From a virus (taxonomy: Duplodnaviria > Caudoviricetes), in IMG/VR virus record IMGVR_UViG_3300033182_001174, positions 1 to 57,445 of that record: a DNA stretch of 57,445 bases, one strand, 5' to 3'. The position numbers and the translations under genes were made by a program. The notes under the pieces are model-generated. The model was not told the origin of the DNA and did not search any database. It saw only the letters and a list, made by a program, of their open reading frames with translations. Below, piece after piece: positions 7,793-17,323 of this stretch. The first letter of the stretch is position 1, and each line of letters opens with the position of its first letter.

Positions 7793-8383
7793 ATGCCTTT
7801 CGACGCATATAAACAATACCTTTCTCTGAAGAATCACTTCACGAAAGAGAAGTATGACTACCATAAGTATTGTGGTAAGAGTCGTGCGACTGTTCAATCT
7901 TTCTATAAAAGAAAAGATAGATTTTGGTTTGAAAAACTTGCTAGAAACAAAGACGATAAAGAAGTAATAGAGTTCTTTGTATCTAACTTTATCACCTGCA
8001 CTGATCCAAGTAAGCTTTGGATAGGAGAGATGATACGTGAAGGTGAAGGTAGATATACTTCATGGAAGAAGAGAACTCAGTCACTTTCATATCTTTTCAA
8101 GGAAGAGACAGAGAAAATATTTTCAAGTAATAGATTTGATGACATGTTCTCTATGGAAGGTTCTAGTCATCCACAAATTCTTAAAGAATATTTGAGAGAT
8201 AATATCTCGATTGAAACCTTTGTAATCCTTGATAGGATTCTAGGTTTCAGACAGGACTGGGATGATAAACTATCTGATCCAGTGTGGGAAACCGTCAGTA
8301 TGAGGATGAAAAAATATTCTCCGTTCCTAAATATTGAGGTATCTCGTTATAAAAAAATTCTTAAACAGGTAGTATTAGGGTAA
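7790..8383 (+). CDS. gp59: Loader of gp41 helicase gp59
   Basis: YLSLKNHF..KYDYHKY.GK, KRKDRFWFEKL, ISIETFVIL. Confidence 0.9.
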   Translation: MMPFDAYKQYLSLKNHFTKEKYDYHKYCGKSRATVQSFYKRKDRFWFEKLARNKDDKEVIEFFVSNFITCTDPSKLWIGEMIREGEGRYTSWKKRTQSLSYLFKEETEKIFSSNRFDDMFSMEGSSHPQILKEYLRDNISIETFVILDRILGFRQDWDDKLSDPVWETVSMRMKKYSPFLNIEVSRYKKILKQVVLG

Positions 8384-8727
8384 TGAGTTTTTTCGATTCC
8401 GATGTAGTCCGTGCAGAAATGACGGAGATCAGTGAGTTACAAGACGACGTTTACAAAAACGTTTTCAATTTTCCTTCGATGGATAAAGAAGAAAAACTTT
8501 TTCATGTGTCCATGCTTGAGAAACTTTTGGATAAACAAAAGATTCTTTATACTCGTTTGAGTTTGTCTGATGACCCTGAAGCAAAAATGATGAAACAAAA
8601 AATTGTTGACTCTGCTGTTATGATGGGTCTCCCAAAAGGGACTGACATGAAGATGGTCTTTGATAACATGACCAAAATGCTTGAGGTGATGAAGGACCAG
8701 ATTGACAAAACTGGTTCTGACATGTAG
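8383..8727 (+). CDS. Conserved cyanophage protein (DUF1825-like)
   Basis: MSFFDSDVVRAEM...RLSLSDDPEA. Confidence 0.75.
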   Translation: MSFFDSDVVRAEMTEISELQDDVYKNVFNFPSMDKEEKLFHVSMLEKLLDKQKILYTRLSLSDDPEAKMMKQKIVDSAVMMGLPKGTDMKMVFDNMTKMLEVMKDQIDKTGSDM

Positions 8728-8730
8728 AAT
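8702..8730 (+). promoter_or_regulatory. Sigma70-type promoter of gp32
   Basis: TTGACA-17 bp-TAGAAT. Confidence 0.85.
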
Positions 8731-8775
8731 ACCGAGGTACACACAAGCCAAATCCGTACAAATCCAACTAATCCT

Positions 8776-9699
8776 ATGTCTTTCGCAAATCTTAAAAAGC
8801 AATCCTCTCTTGGTTCCCTGACCTCCAAACTGGTCAAAGAAGTTGAGAAGATGAACAATACTGGTGGCGGTGGAGATGACCGTCTCTGGAAACCCGAAAT
8901 GGATAAAACTGGCAACGGTTATGCAGTCATCCGTTTCCTCCCTGCCCCTGAAGGAGAAGAACTTCCTTGGGCAAAGATGTACTCCCATGCCTTCCAAGGT
9001 CCTGGTGGTTGGTACATTGAGAACTCTCTGACCACTCTGGGTCAGAAAGATCCTGTGTCTGAGCACAACCGTGAGTTGTGGAACAGTGGTCTTGATTCTG
9101 ATAAGGATACTGTCCGTAAGCAGAAACGCAAACTGTCCTACTATGCCAACATCTATGTTGTACAGGACAAAGCAAACCCTCAGAACGAAGGTCAAGTATT
9201 CCTTTACAAGTTTGGTAAGAAGATCTTTGACAAGATCATGGAAGCAATGCAACCTGAGTATGAAGATGAAACTGCCATCAATCCCTTTGATTTCTGGCAG
9301 GGTGCCAACTTCAAACTGAAACTGAAGAAGGTTGCAGGTTACTGGAACTATGATTCTTCTGAGTTCGCAGCACCTAGTGCTCTCCTTGATGATGACGATG
9401 CACTGGAAGCAGTGTGGAAGAAGCAGTATTCTCTGACTGCTCTGACTGCTGCCGATCAATTCAAGTCCTATGAGGATCTGGACAAACGTCTGAAGATGGT
9501 TCTTGGTGCCAAACCTGCCCGTCGTGTGATGGATGAGGAACTGGAAGATGAGAGTGAAGGTCGTGGATCTTTCACTCCTAACTTTGAATCCAGCAAACCT
9601 CCTGCTGACTTCAATGCACCTGACATCACTCCTACCAAGTCAGCTGACTCTGATGAGGATGATGCTCTATCTTACTTCCAGAAACTTGCTGAGGAATGA
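8776..9699 (+). CDS. gp32: Single-stranded DNA-binding protein gp32
   Basis: DDRLWK..DKTGNGYAVIRFLP, YKFGKKIFDKI, GANFKLK, acidic C-terminal tail. Confidence 0.96.
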   Translation: MSFANLKKQSSLGSLTSKLVKEVEKMNNTGGGGDDRLWKPEMDKTGNGYAVIRFLPAPEGEELPWAKMYSHAFQGPGGWYIENSLTTLGQKDPVSEHNRELWNSGLDSDKDTVRKQKRKLSYYANIYVVQDKANPQNEGQVFLYKFGKKIFDKIMEAMQPEYEDETAINPFDFWQGANFKLKLKKVAGYWNYDSSEFAAPSALLDDDDALEAVWKKQYSLTALTAADQFKSYEDLDKRLKMVLGAKPARRVMDEELEDESEGRGSFTPNFESSKPPADFNAPDITPTKSADSDEDDALSYFQKLAEE

Positions 9700-9752
9700 T
9701 GAGATACAACCAGTTGTGCTTGACCCTTCTGGTTATCGCAGCATATATTAAC

Positions 9753-10412
9753 TTACTGAAATAATCTAATATTATCCCCACGTTTTAAGGATTCAGTCAC
9801 ATACTGACTGGATCCTTTTTTATATGTCATGATGTCTTCTAAATCATCCAGGATTATATTCAGATATCTTTGCTTCAGTAGGAATATATTTCTTCTATCT
9901 TTCTGTATGTTCTCTTCATACTCATAGTTCGTTACTTCTTTTACAGGAGATACTTTTCTTTGAGTGACACCATCAAAGTACTCTGTACTGTAGTTTGATG
10001 GAACACGAAGACCAGCTTGAACTATGATGATTCCGTTATTTGGATCTACAACTTCATAAGTTTCATAATGATGTACATCATTTAATTTTTCATAACTACC
10101 ATACTTATCTAACAAATAGACATCAAAATCATACTGTTTCATTGGCCATTCAGTTTGAATGTTGACAATATTATTAGAAGATAAAACAACCCAATCTAAT
10201 CTAGAGTCACCATAGACATTGAATGCTACATTGTCTGGTCTATCGTCACCTTGAATTTGATACTTGGTGAAGAATGCTAGTTCCTGAAAAATATCATCTC
10301 TGAGTTTTCCTCTCTTGAAAAAATTCTTTACAGTAATATAATCTGATATGCTGGCATCAGGGAGCCTGCTGACGTAATCAAGATTGGGAACTTTGCTAAA
10401 GTAATTTGACAT
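9753..10412 (-). CDS. gp53: Baseplate wedge subunit gp53
   Basis: Y.I..DDRPDNVAF..YGD..LDWVV..N LysM-like motif; synteny. Confidence 0.88.
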   Translation of the reverse strand: MSNYFSKVPNLDYVSRLPDASISDYITVKNFFKRGKLRDDIFQELAFFTKYQIQGDDRPDNVAFNVYGDSRLDWVVLSSNNIVNIQTEWPMKQYDFDVYLLDKYGSYEKLNDVHHYETYEVVDPNNGIIIVQAGLRVPSNYSTEYFDGVTQRKVSPVKEVTNYEYEENIQKDRRNIFLLKQRYLNIILDDLEDIMTYKKGSSQYVTESLKRGDNIRLFQ

Positions 10413-10413
10413 T

Positions 10414-11808
10414 TTAGAAACCTATTCTTGCGGGTAAGGTATTGTTGAGAGCAGCTTGTTCTGCAGGATCTTCTCTGAAAGATGCAAATTTATCATCGTT
10501 GTAATCATCATTGAATACAGGCTCAAGTTCAGTCATTTGTAATGTCAATCTGTATTGTGTCATATATCCACCTTTTAAAGTAGAATAATTTTGCTGAGGT
10601 GTGTAGTCAACAGCAACTCTTGTTATTGCACACTCTTTCATCTTTCCTATGAATGGATGTTCATCATTATTATCACCAGCAAGAACATAATGCACTTGGA
10701 AAGTATGTGGTGCTAACAAGAATAGGTTTGATTCTGATCTAATAGGTGCTGATCCTTGCTTGAAGAATCTAATAATTCTAACAATCATATCTGCTTCTTC
10801 TTTTGATCTTGCTGCAAGATCAAATGTAAAATCAAATGGTCTCAGTGTTGGTGCATTGAACAAGAGTTCTAAGTTGGGATTAAAAACTGCACCTCTAGTT
10901 CTTGAGAGAAGACCACCAAATCCTTTTCCTACTGCTTGAGAAGCAAATCCTTCCTCAAGTGCTTTCTTTACTTCTGGACTATTGTTTCCAATAGTGTCCT
11001 GCATATTTTGTAAAGATGAACTTACACTATCACCTGAAGCACCCGTCATTGATCTTGCTAAATCAGAACCTAAAATCTCAAATGCATTCATAGTATCAGG
11101 ACCCCACTCAGCTCCATTCTCATCTTTAATACCACCAGGAATTGGTAGTATGACTGCACCTAATCTTGTTCTACCCTCTGCTTGACCATCAGGACCTACT
11201 CTAGTTCTTGCTCCAAATCCAAAATTATTTGCAGCAACTTTCTTTGCTTTGTATTCAAGCATGGTGAATGATATGTAATCTTGTTGACCACTTTGTGAGA
11301 GGGGGTATCTAAGATCTCCACCACCAGGACCTGAGAAAGATCCAGGACCTTTTCTAGTTCCAGTTTTTACTGGAATATTTAAATCAGATAATTGATTATT
11401 CGCATCACTTACAATTGTATCTGGATCAGCATCAGTCGGAGTGTTCTGCTCTCCATTTTCTAATAATTCTTCTGTTCTTTTTCTGGCAACAGGTTCTTCA
11501 ACTCCAGCTGCTTTTTGTGCCCTTACTGATGTTTCAGTTGCTTGATCTTTTAATTTTTTTTGATTTTCTGGTTTTAAAAATTCTTTTTGCTGCTGCGGAT
11601 TAAAAACCCCACCAAATTGTGCGGTTGGTTTAAATTTTTCCCCAGGTTTAATGGTTCCTAACTTTACATCTAACCCCGAAAAAGCACCTTTTCTCTCATA
11701 ATAAGTTTGCTCACCAGTTTTTGCATCTATTATAACATACAACTTTTTACCAGGATCAACTGGTGAATCAAAAGTATTCTCGTCATTCCTTCCGCCGTAG
11801 GTTGCCAT
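10414..11808 (-). CDS. gp48: Baseplate tail-tube cap gp48
   Basis: NPNLELLFNAPTLRPFDFTF..ARSKEEA, VDYTP motifs. Confidence 0.85.
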   Translation of the reverse strand: MATYGGRNDENTFDSPVDPGKKLYVIIDAKTGEQTYYERKGAFSGLDVKLGTIKPGEKFKPTAQFGGVFNPQQQKEFLKPENQKKLKDQATETSVRAQKAAGVEEPVARKRTEELLENGEQNTPTDADPDTIVSDANNQLSDLNIPVKTGTRKGPGSFSGPGGGDLRYPLSQSGQQDYISFTMLEYKAKKVAANNFGFGARTRVGPDGQAEGRTRLGAVILPIPGGIKDENGAEWGPDTMNAFEILGSDLARSMTGASGDSVSSSLQNMQDTIGNNSPEVKKALEEGFASQAVGKGFGGLLSRTRGAVFNPNLELLFNAPTLRPFDFTFDLAARSKEEADMIVRIIRFFKQGSAPIRSESNLFLLAPHTFQVHYVLAGDNNDEHPFIGKMKECAITRVAVDYTPQQNYSTLKGGYMTQYRLTLQMTELEPVFNDDYNDDKFASFREDPAEQAALNNTLPARIGF

Positions 11809-11822
11809 TACACACTACATTT

Positions 11823-12284
11823 TTATCTATTTAGCACGAACTTTGCATATTGTACGGATAGTAAATCATCTAGTTCTTCTAATTTAACTTCATATAATAA
11901 TCCTGCTACTTCATTCCAAGTATAGTTTCTATATTTTCTCCAATGAAAATTAAGACCTCTGAATCCCCATCCATTTATTTCTACACATGCAATTAATGGA
12001 TGCTGATCATAAGTAATGTCTGGAGTTTTTGCATTGTAAACGAAAGTATATAAACTACCCTCTTCTGGTATGGGAGTTACAGTTTCTTTCAGTGCATCCA
12101 TGATCATGAGCATTTGATCTTCCTGATCCTGAGTGTCATTTAAGTCACCAAGTATTGGTAAAATACGATTGGATGATGATCTTAATTTTTCTAACCTTCT
12201 CTCCTCTTCTCTAGCATTTATTTGTGCTTTTACTTCTTCATAAGAAGGACCACCTGCTCTTCTTCTTTTAGCACGTCTTGCCAT
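11823..12284 (-). CDS. gp2: DNA end protector gp2-like protein
   Basis: YTFVYNAKT...YDQHPLI...GFRGLNFHW. Confidence 0.7.
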   Translation of the reverse strand: MARRAKRRRAGGPSYEEVKAQINAREEERRLEKLRSSSNRILPILGDLNDTQDQEDQMLMIMDALKETVTPIPEEGSLYTFVYNAKTPDITYDQHPLIACVEINGWGFRGLNFHWRKYRNYTWNEVAGLLYEVKLEELDDLLSVQYAKFVLNR

Positions 12285-12727
12285 TACTTGATACCTAACT
12301 CGTCTTCTGTGATTACTTTAAAGTTTATCCTTCTATCTTCACAAAACTCTACTGCTGCTTTCCACTTTGCTTGATTCACAGCATAAGTTTTGCATTCATA
12401 AAGGTATGATTTAGTAACTCTTGTTTTCTTTTTTGGTGGTTGAGTTTGTCTTTTTGGTTTTACTTCGATGACGTAGGTTTTGATTTGACCTGTACTTTCC
12501 CTCACTTTTATGATAAAATCTGGAAAGTATCTATGAACTCTTTTGTCAACTGGTGAGATATATGGAATCCAAAATTCTTCACTACCCCACTCAAGAATGT
12601 TCTCATTTAGATCACAGTAACGACAAAACTTTCTTTCCCAACTGCTACGACAAATAATATTGTCTGCATTTCCTTTATATTTCTTCGGGAAGGAAGGTTT
12701 GTATTTACTTTTTATACTTTCTCCCAT
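12284..12727 (-). CDS. gp4: Head completion nuclease gp4 (TnsA-like)
   Basis: RSSWERKF, WGSEE, HRYFPDF, IEVKP, NQAKW, ITEDEL. Confidence 0.92.
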   Translation of the reverse strand: MGESIKSKYKPSFPKKYKGNADNIICRSSWERKFCRYCDLNENILEWGSEEFWIPYISPVDKRVHRYFPDFIIKVRESTGQIKTYVIEVKPKRQTQPPKKKTRVTKSYLYECKTYAVNQAKWKAAVEFCEDRRINFKVITEDELGIK

Positions 12728-12749
12728 ACATAGTATATAAGGTAAAAAC

Positions 12750-12757
12750 TATTTATA
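12750..12757 (-). promoter_or_regulatory. T4-type late promoter for the gp4-2-48-53 operon
   Basis: TATAAATA on the minus strand upstream of gp4. Confidence 0.75.
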
Positions 12758-12758
12758 G

Positions 12759-13547
12759 ATGCCTAGCATAAAGTCGGTTTCGGATATTAAATCATCCCTT
12801 TTAAGACCTGCACTCACCTCTCATTATCTTGTCGAAATTGGTTTGCCCTCTAATGGGACGGCAGGGGACGGTGCTTTCAGATCTCATCTAAAAGAAGATG
12901 GTATCGAATTAAATACAATCAGACAGGAAAAACTAAACTTGCTCTGTGCCGAGGCAAGTCTTCCTGGATCTAGTGTCGCAACATTTGAAATTAATAATGA
13001 TTACAGTGGCACCACTGAGAGACATGCACACAGAAAGTTTTTTGATGATAGAATTGACTTTACTTTCTATGTTGATGCGGAAGATTATCTCCCCATCAAG
13101 TTCTTTGAATCTTGGATTAGATATGTAACTGGATCTGGAACTACAGATACTAACTCAGAGAAAGCAAAAACATATTTTTACAGGATGAATTTTCCTGATG
13201 AATATACCTCAGACCAAGGATTAACTGTCACTAAATTTGAGAAAGATACTTATAAGAGAGAGGGAAAATTTACAGCTACTGGAAATGGTCTGGTCTATAC
13301 TTTTATTAGATCTTTTCCTATTTCAATTACATCAATGCCAGTTTCTTATGAGGGTGCTAACCTATTGAAATGTACGGTCTCAATGTCATACATTAGATAT
13401 ATTGTTGAAGCATTGAAGGACACTCCAGGTGGAAGAGAGTCAACGACTAATAATGATGGATCAAGATTCTCTAATTCTTCGTTCTCTGCACAACAATTTT
13501 TAGACCAGAACGGTCAACTGAGATTAGGATCTCAAAATATTGCCTAA
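12759..13547 (+). CDS. Tail-tube-fold protein (gp19/gp54-like)
   Basis: LLCAEASLPG, FTFYVD..Y..IKFFESW, FPISI..MPVSY motifs. Confidence 0.75.
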   Translation: MPSIKSVSDIKSSLLRPALTSHYLVEIGLPSNGTAGDGAFRSHLKEDGIELNTIRQEKLNLLCAEASLPGSSVATFEINNDYSGTTERHAHRKFFDDRIDFTFYVDAEDYLPIKFFESWIRYVTGSGTTDTNSEKAKTYFYRMNFPDEYTSDQGLTVTKFEKDTYKREGKFTATGNGLVYTFIRSFPISITSMPVSYEGANLLKCTVSMSYIRYIVEALKDTPGGRESTTNNDGSRFSNSSFSAQQFLDQNGQLRLGSQNIA

Positions 13548-13578
13548 ATATTCACACTGAAAAACTCTATAGGACATT

Positions 13579-14298
13579 ATGCCTTTACCAAAGATTGCTA
13601 CACCAACTTATGAACTTGAGTTGCCATCTACAGGACAATCAATTCAGTACAGACCCTTCTTAGTAAAAGAAGAGAAGGTTCTGGTGATTGCTTTGGAAAG
13701 TGAAGACACAAAGCAAATCACAACTGCCATCAAAACAGTTATCAAGAACTGTATTAAAACTAAGGGAGTTAAGGTCGAAAGTCTTCCTACATTTGACATT
13801 GAATATTTGTTCTTGAATATTCGTGGTAAATCTGTCGGTGAAAAGATTGAAGTAAATATCATTTGTCCTGATGACGAAGAGACAGAAGTCCCTGTAGAAA
13901 TTAATATTGATGACATTCAAGTCATCAAAGATGACAGTCATGATAATAAGATCAAGATTGATGATAGTATTATGATGGTCATGAAGTATCCTTCATTGGA
14001 TCAATTCATTAAGAACAACTTTGATTTCAGTGATAAGAATGCGATGGATCAATCATTTGAATTGATTGGATCTTGTATTGATTCTATTTGTAGTGAAGAT
14101 GAAGTATGGGCAACAGCAGATTGTTCAAAGAAAGAAGTAAATGAGTTTCTTGAATCAATGAACTCATCACAATTCAAAGGCATTGAAAAATTCTTTGAGA
14201 CAATGCCTAAACTTTCACATACTATTTCAGTTACTAATCCAAAAACTAAAGTTGAAAGTGAGGTTGTGCTTGAGGGACTGGCAAGTTTTTTCGCATAG
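13579..14298 (+). CDS. gp26: Baseplate hub assembly protein gp26
   Basis: MPLPKI..PTYELELPS, YRPFLVKEEK, FDIEYLFLNIRGKSVGE. Confidence 0.9.
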   Translation: MPLPKIATPTYELELPSTGQSIQYRPFLVKEEKVLVIALESEDTKQITTAIKTVIKNCIKTKGVKVESLPTFDIEYLFLNIRGKSVGEKIEVNIICPDDEETEVPVEINIDDIQVIKDDSHDNKIKIDDSIMMVMKYPSLDQFIKNNFDFSDKNAMDQSFELIGSCIDSICSEDEVWATADCSKKEVNEFLESMNSSQFKGIEKFFETMPKLSHTISVTNPKTKVESEVVLEGLASFFA

Positions 14299-14309
14299 CC
14301 TTGGTTCAT

Positions 14310-14480
14310 ATGAACCTAGAGGCATACCTGAAGTTAAACTTTTCCTTGATCCAGTACCATAAATATTCATTAACGGAGATTGAAAACATGATTCCGTGGG
14401 AACGTGATATTTACGTTGCATTATTACAAAATCATCTTGAGGAAGAAAAACTAAAGCATCAGCAAGCGAATGGCATCTAG
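14310..14480 (+). CDS. gp51: Baseplate hub assembly catalyst gp51
   Basis: 56 aa MNLEAYLKLNFSLIQYHKYSLTEIENMIPWERDIYV (not in the ORF track). Confidence 0.85.
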   Translation: MNLEAYLKLNFSLIQYHKYSLTEIENMIPWERDIYVALLQNHLEEEKLKHQQANGI

Positions 14481-17316
14481 GACTAGCACCGATCCAATAG
14501 AAATACTCTTAGAGATGGGTGTAGACCTGGATAATCTCTCCGAAGAGGAAGATTATCTTAGTGCCTTGATGGAGGCAGTTAATACTTTAACGATTAAAGA
14601 TGCAAAGGATCCTCGCATCAGTCCTCTTCAGCAAGAAATAAGAAAGGTAAGAACAAAAAGAAAAGAAGCAGATCCTAAGTTTAAAGCAAAGAAAACAAAG
14701 ATATCTGCAGGTGCATTTAAAAAAGGATCTGCCACAGGAGTCAATCTTAAACCAAAAGCATTACCGACTAGTGCATTGGTTCCTTATCAGGCACCTGAAG
14801 CAGTAACAGAAGAAGAGGGTGGAGAAAAGAAAAAGAGAAAGAGAAAACCAAAAGAAAAAAATCTTTTAAAAGAGATTGCTAAATCTGTCACCAACATTGC
14901 TGACACACTGAAGAAACAATATGACTTAAAGAAAAAATTTACAGAAGAAGAAAGAAGGAGAGCAGAGCAGCAGAAAAGAAAGTTACAAGAAGCAGGACTT
15001 GAAAAAAGATTTAAGGGTATCTTAAAAACTGCTCAGAAAATTATTGCGCCTATCAGAAGTATCTTTGATAGAATAATACAGTTTCTTACGATGGTGTTCT
15101 TGGGTAAATTCTTATCTAAGTTAGTCGATTGGTTTACTAATCCTGAGAATCAAAGTAAGGTAAAATCTATTATTAGATTCCTCTCAGATAATTGGCCAAA
15201 GTTATTATCAGCATATATTATTTTTGGAACAGGTCTTGGTAAGTTCTCAAGGTTCCTTGTTAAGGTTCTTGCCAGAGGTGCTGTTCGATTAGCAGCAGCA
15301 ACAGCAGGGTTACTTGCTAGATTGTTTGGTGGAAGGGCACTGGGAAGGTTCTCAAGATTCCTTGGTAAGAGAGGTAAATTAATTGCTGGTGGTGTAGAAG
15401 CAGTCACCACTATCTTTGCATTCAAAGCACTTGAAGATGCTTTTACAAAAAATTTAGGTCCTGAAGAATCTGCAAGTATTGATAATGATATTCCTGTTAG
15501 TGGATATCAAGGTGGTGGATTAGTACAACCTATTTTTAAATTCCAAGGTGGAGGACCAGTAAAGTTTAATCTTCTTGATCCACGCACTTGGATGAGTGGT
15601 AAAGCTCAACAAACTGTTGATGATAAAACAGGTAGATATAATGATGATACCTTAAGTGGTAGACTTCTGAATAGAAGAAATGCCACCAACGAAGCGATCA
15701 TGAAGATGCGTGGTTATGAAGAAGGTGGAGAGGTAGACGGACCAGCTGGTATTGATAAAGTCCCTGCGATGCTCACTGATGGTGAGTTTGTTATGTCTCG
15801 TGGTGCTGTACAGAAGTATGGTGTCAGTCAATTAGAGGCAATGAATGCTGCTGGTGGTGGCACCAACAGACCAAAGATAATGAATGGCACGGTATTTGCC
15901 AAAGGTGGAGGACATGTCGGTGATCGTGAGAAAGCACCTGATAAGATGTTAACTCCTGTTGAAAAAATTGCACCATCTATTTCTTCAAGTACAATCAAAC
16001 CCTCTTTTGTTCTTGCACTTAAGGATGGAGTGCAAGGTAAGTTAGATAAAGCAACTGGTAAGTTCACTCCTGCAGAATTCACGGAAGCAGAGAGAGCAAG
16101 ATATACTAAGTTTGGTGGAAAAATTCCAGAGAAACCAAAGAAACCAGAGAGAAGTGATTTCCCTATGGGAAGATCTGGTGCTAAAAAATATCAAGAAGCA
16201 AAAAAAAGTTTTGAAGCAGCTGCCGCAACTTCTAAGGTAACTCCTGTAGCAACTCCTATAACTCCTAAAGCAACTACTAAAACATTAACAAAAGAACAGT
16301 TACTAGGAAAATCTGGTGTCATGCCAACGGCAGATCAACTTAGTGCGACGGCAACAAAGAGACATGCTGAGTTGATGAAGTCCACTGATCAAAAGAAAAT
16401 TGCTGATTATGATGCTAAGCATGGTGCTGGAGCATACTCTAAGAAACTGCAGGAAAAACTGAATAAAATGTATTCGCCTGAAAAGGCAAAACAGATGACG
16501 ACAGGTAAAGTAAAACCAACAGGAAAGGTTGTTGGAAGAGAAAATCTGTCACCTCAAGCACAGGCAGCAATAGCACGATTGGAGGCTAAAAAAGGATTGC
16601 CACCTGATATGCAGTACACCAGAAATGGTAAGAAGATATCTGCAGAAGAGTTTAATAGAACCAAAAACATGGTAGGTGCAGCAAAAGAGGGTGGTGCTAA
16701 AGGTGTGTTAAATCACATGCTCTCAGGTGTGAAGGGAATGTTTGGTGGAATGTTTAGTAAAGTTCAGGGTGCTGTTAGTGATCCTAAATCTTTTGTTGAA
16801 TCCATGGGTGGAACCGTTATGGATGGAAATAAACTACCACCAACAGCAGAAGAACAGAGATATATTGATGAAGATAGGGCAGGCAGAGCAAAGATAGATG
16901 CTAAGTACAAAGCCAGAAATGAAGAGAGGAGTAAGGCTGCAGCAAAACAAGATAAGCACGACCGTTTGTTTGGAGAATATAGATCGATTGTGATGAATGA
17001 AGATCATCCTCTACATCGTAAAGTAGCTGGTGATCTTTTTACTGATGATGAAGGCATGAAGTTTGCTGACTTTAAAAAATTTAAGGCACAGCAAAGTCAA
17101 GCAAAGTTATCACCAAATCAACCACAACCAAAGGTATCTGCACCACAACCACCAACACCTCCAAGCAATAATGTTCAGGTGATTAAATCTCCTAGAAAGA
17201 AACAAACAAGAGCAACAGAGTCGGGAAGCACTGGAGGGTCTAATACCCCCAATATCAATGCTGGTAATGGTGATTCAAGCAAGTTTAAAATTTATGGTTT
17301 TTCACCACCGAGGTAA
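14470..17316 (+). CDS. Tape-measure/baseplate hub-like protein (gp29-like)
   Basis: Long helical protein with TM-like stretch and GGEVDGPAGIDKVPAMLTDGEFVM motif common in tape measures. Confidence 0.65.
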   Translation: MASRTSTDPIEILLEMGVDLDNLSEEEDYLSALMEAVNTLTIKDAKDPRISPLQQEIRKVRTKRKEADPKFKAKKTKISAGAFKKGSATGVNLKPKALPTSALVPYQAPEAVTEEEGGEKKKRKRKPKEKNLLKEIAKSVTNIADTLKKQYDLKKKFTEEERRRAEQQKRKLQEAGLEKRFKGILKTAQKIIAPIRSIFDRIIQFLTMVFLGKFLSKLVDWFTNPENQSKVKSIIRFLSDNWPKLLSAYIIFGTGLGKFSRFLVKVLARGAVRLAAATAGLLARLFGGRALGRFSRFLGKRGKLIAGGVEAVTTIFAFKALEDAFTKNLGPEESASIDNDIPVSGYQGGGLVQPIFKFQGGGPVKFNLLDPRTWMSGKAQQTVDDKTGRYNDDTLSGRLLNRRNATNEAIMKMRGYEEGGEVDGPAGIDKVPAMLTDGEFVMSRGAVQKYGVSQLEAMNAAGGGTNRPKIMNGTVFAKGGGHVGDREKAPDKMLTPVEKIAPSISSSTIKPSFVLALKDGVQGKLDKATGKFTPAEFTEAERARYTKFGGKIPEKPKKPERSDFPMGRSGAKKYQEAKKSFEAAAATSKVTPVATPITPKATTKTLTKEQLLGKSGVMPTADQLSATATKRHAELMKSTDQKKIADYDAKHGAGAYSKKLQEKLNKMYSPEKAKQMTTGKVKPTGKVVGRENLSPQAQAAIARLEAKKGLPPDMQYTRNGKKISAEEFNRTKNMVGAAKEGGAKGVLNHMLSGVKGMFGGMFSKVQGAVSDPKSFVESMGGTVMDGNKLPPTAEEQRYIDEDRAGRAKIDAKYKARNEERSKAAAKQDKHDRLFGEYRSIVMNEDHPLHRKVAGDLFTDDEGMKFADFKKFKAQQSQAKLSPNQPQPKVSAPQPPTPPSNNVQVIKSPRKKQTRATESGSTGGSNTPNINAGNGDSSKFKIYGFSPPR

Positions 17317-17323
17317 GTAAATC

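Noticed and set aside
8437-9459. 340-aa minus-strand ORF
   Set aside because: Antisense shadow of gp32 with no recognisable motifs or expression signals
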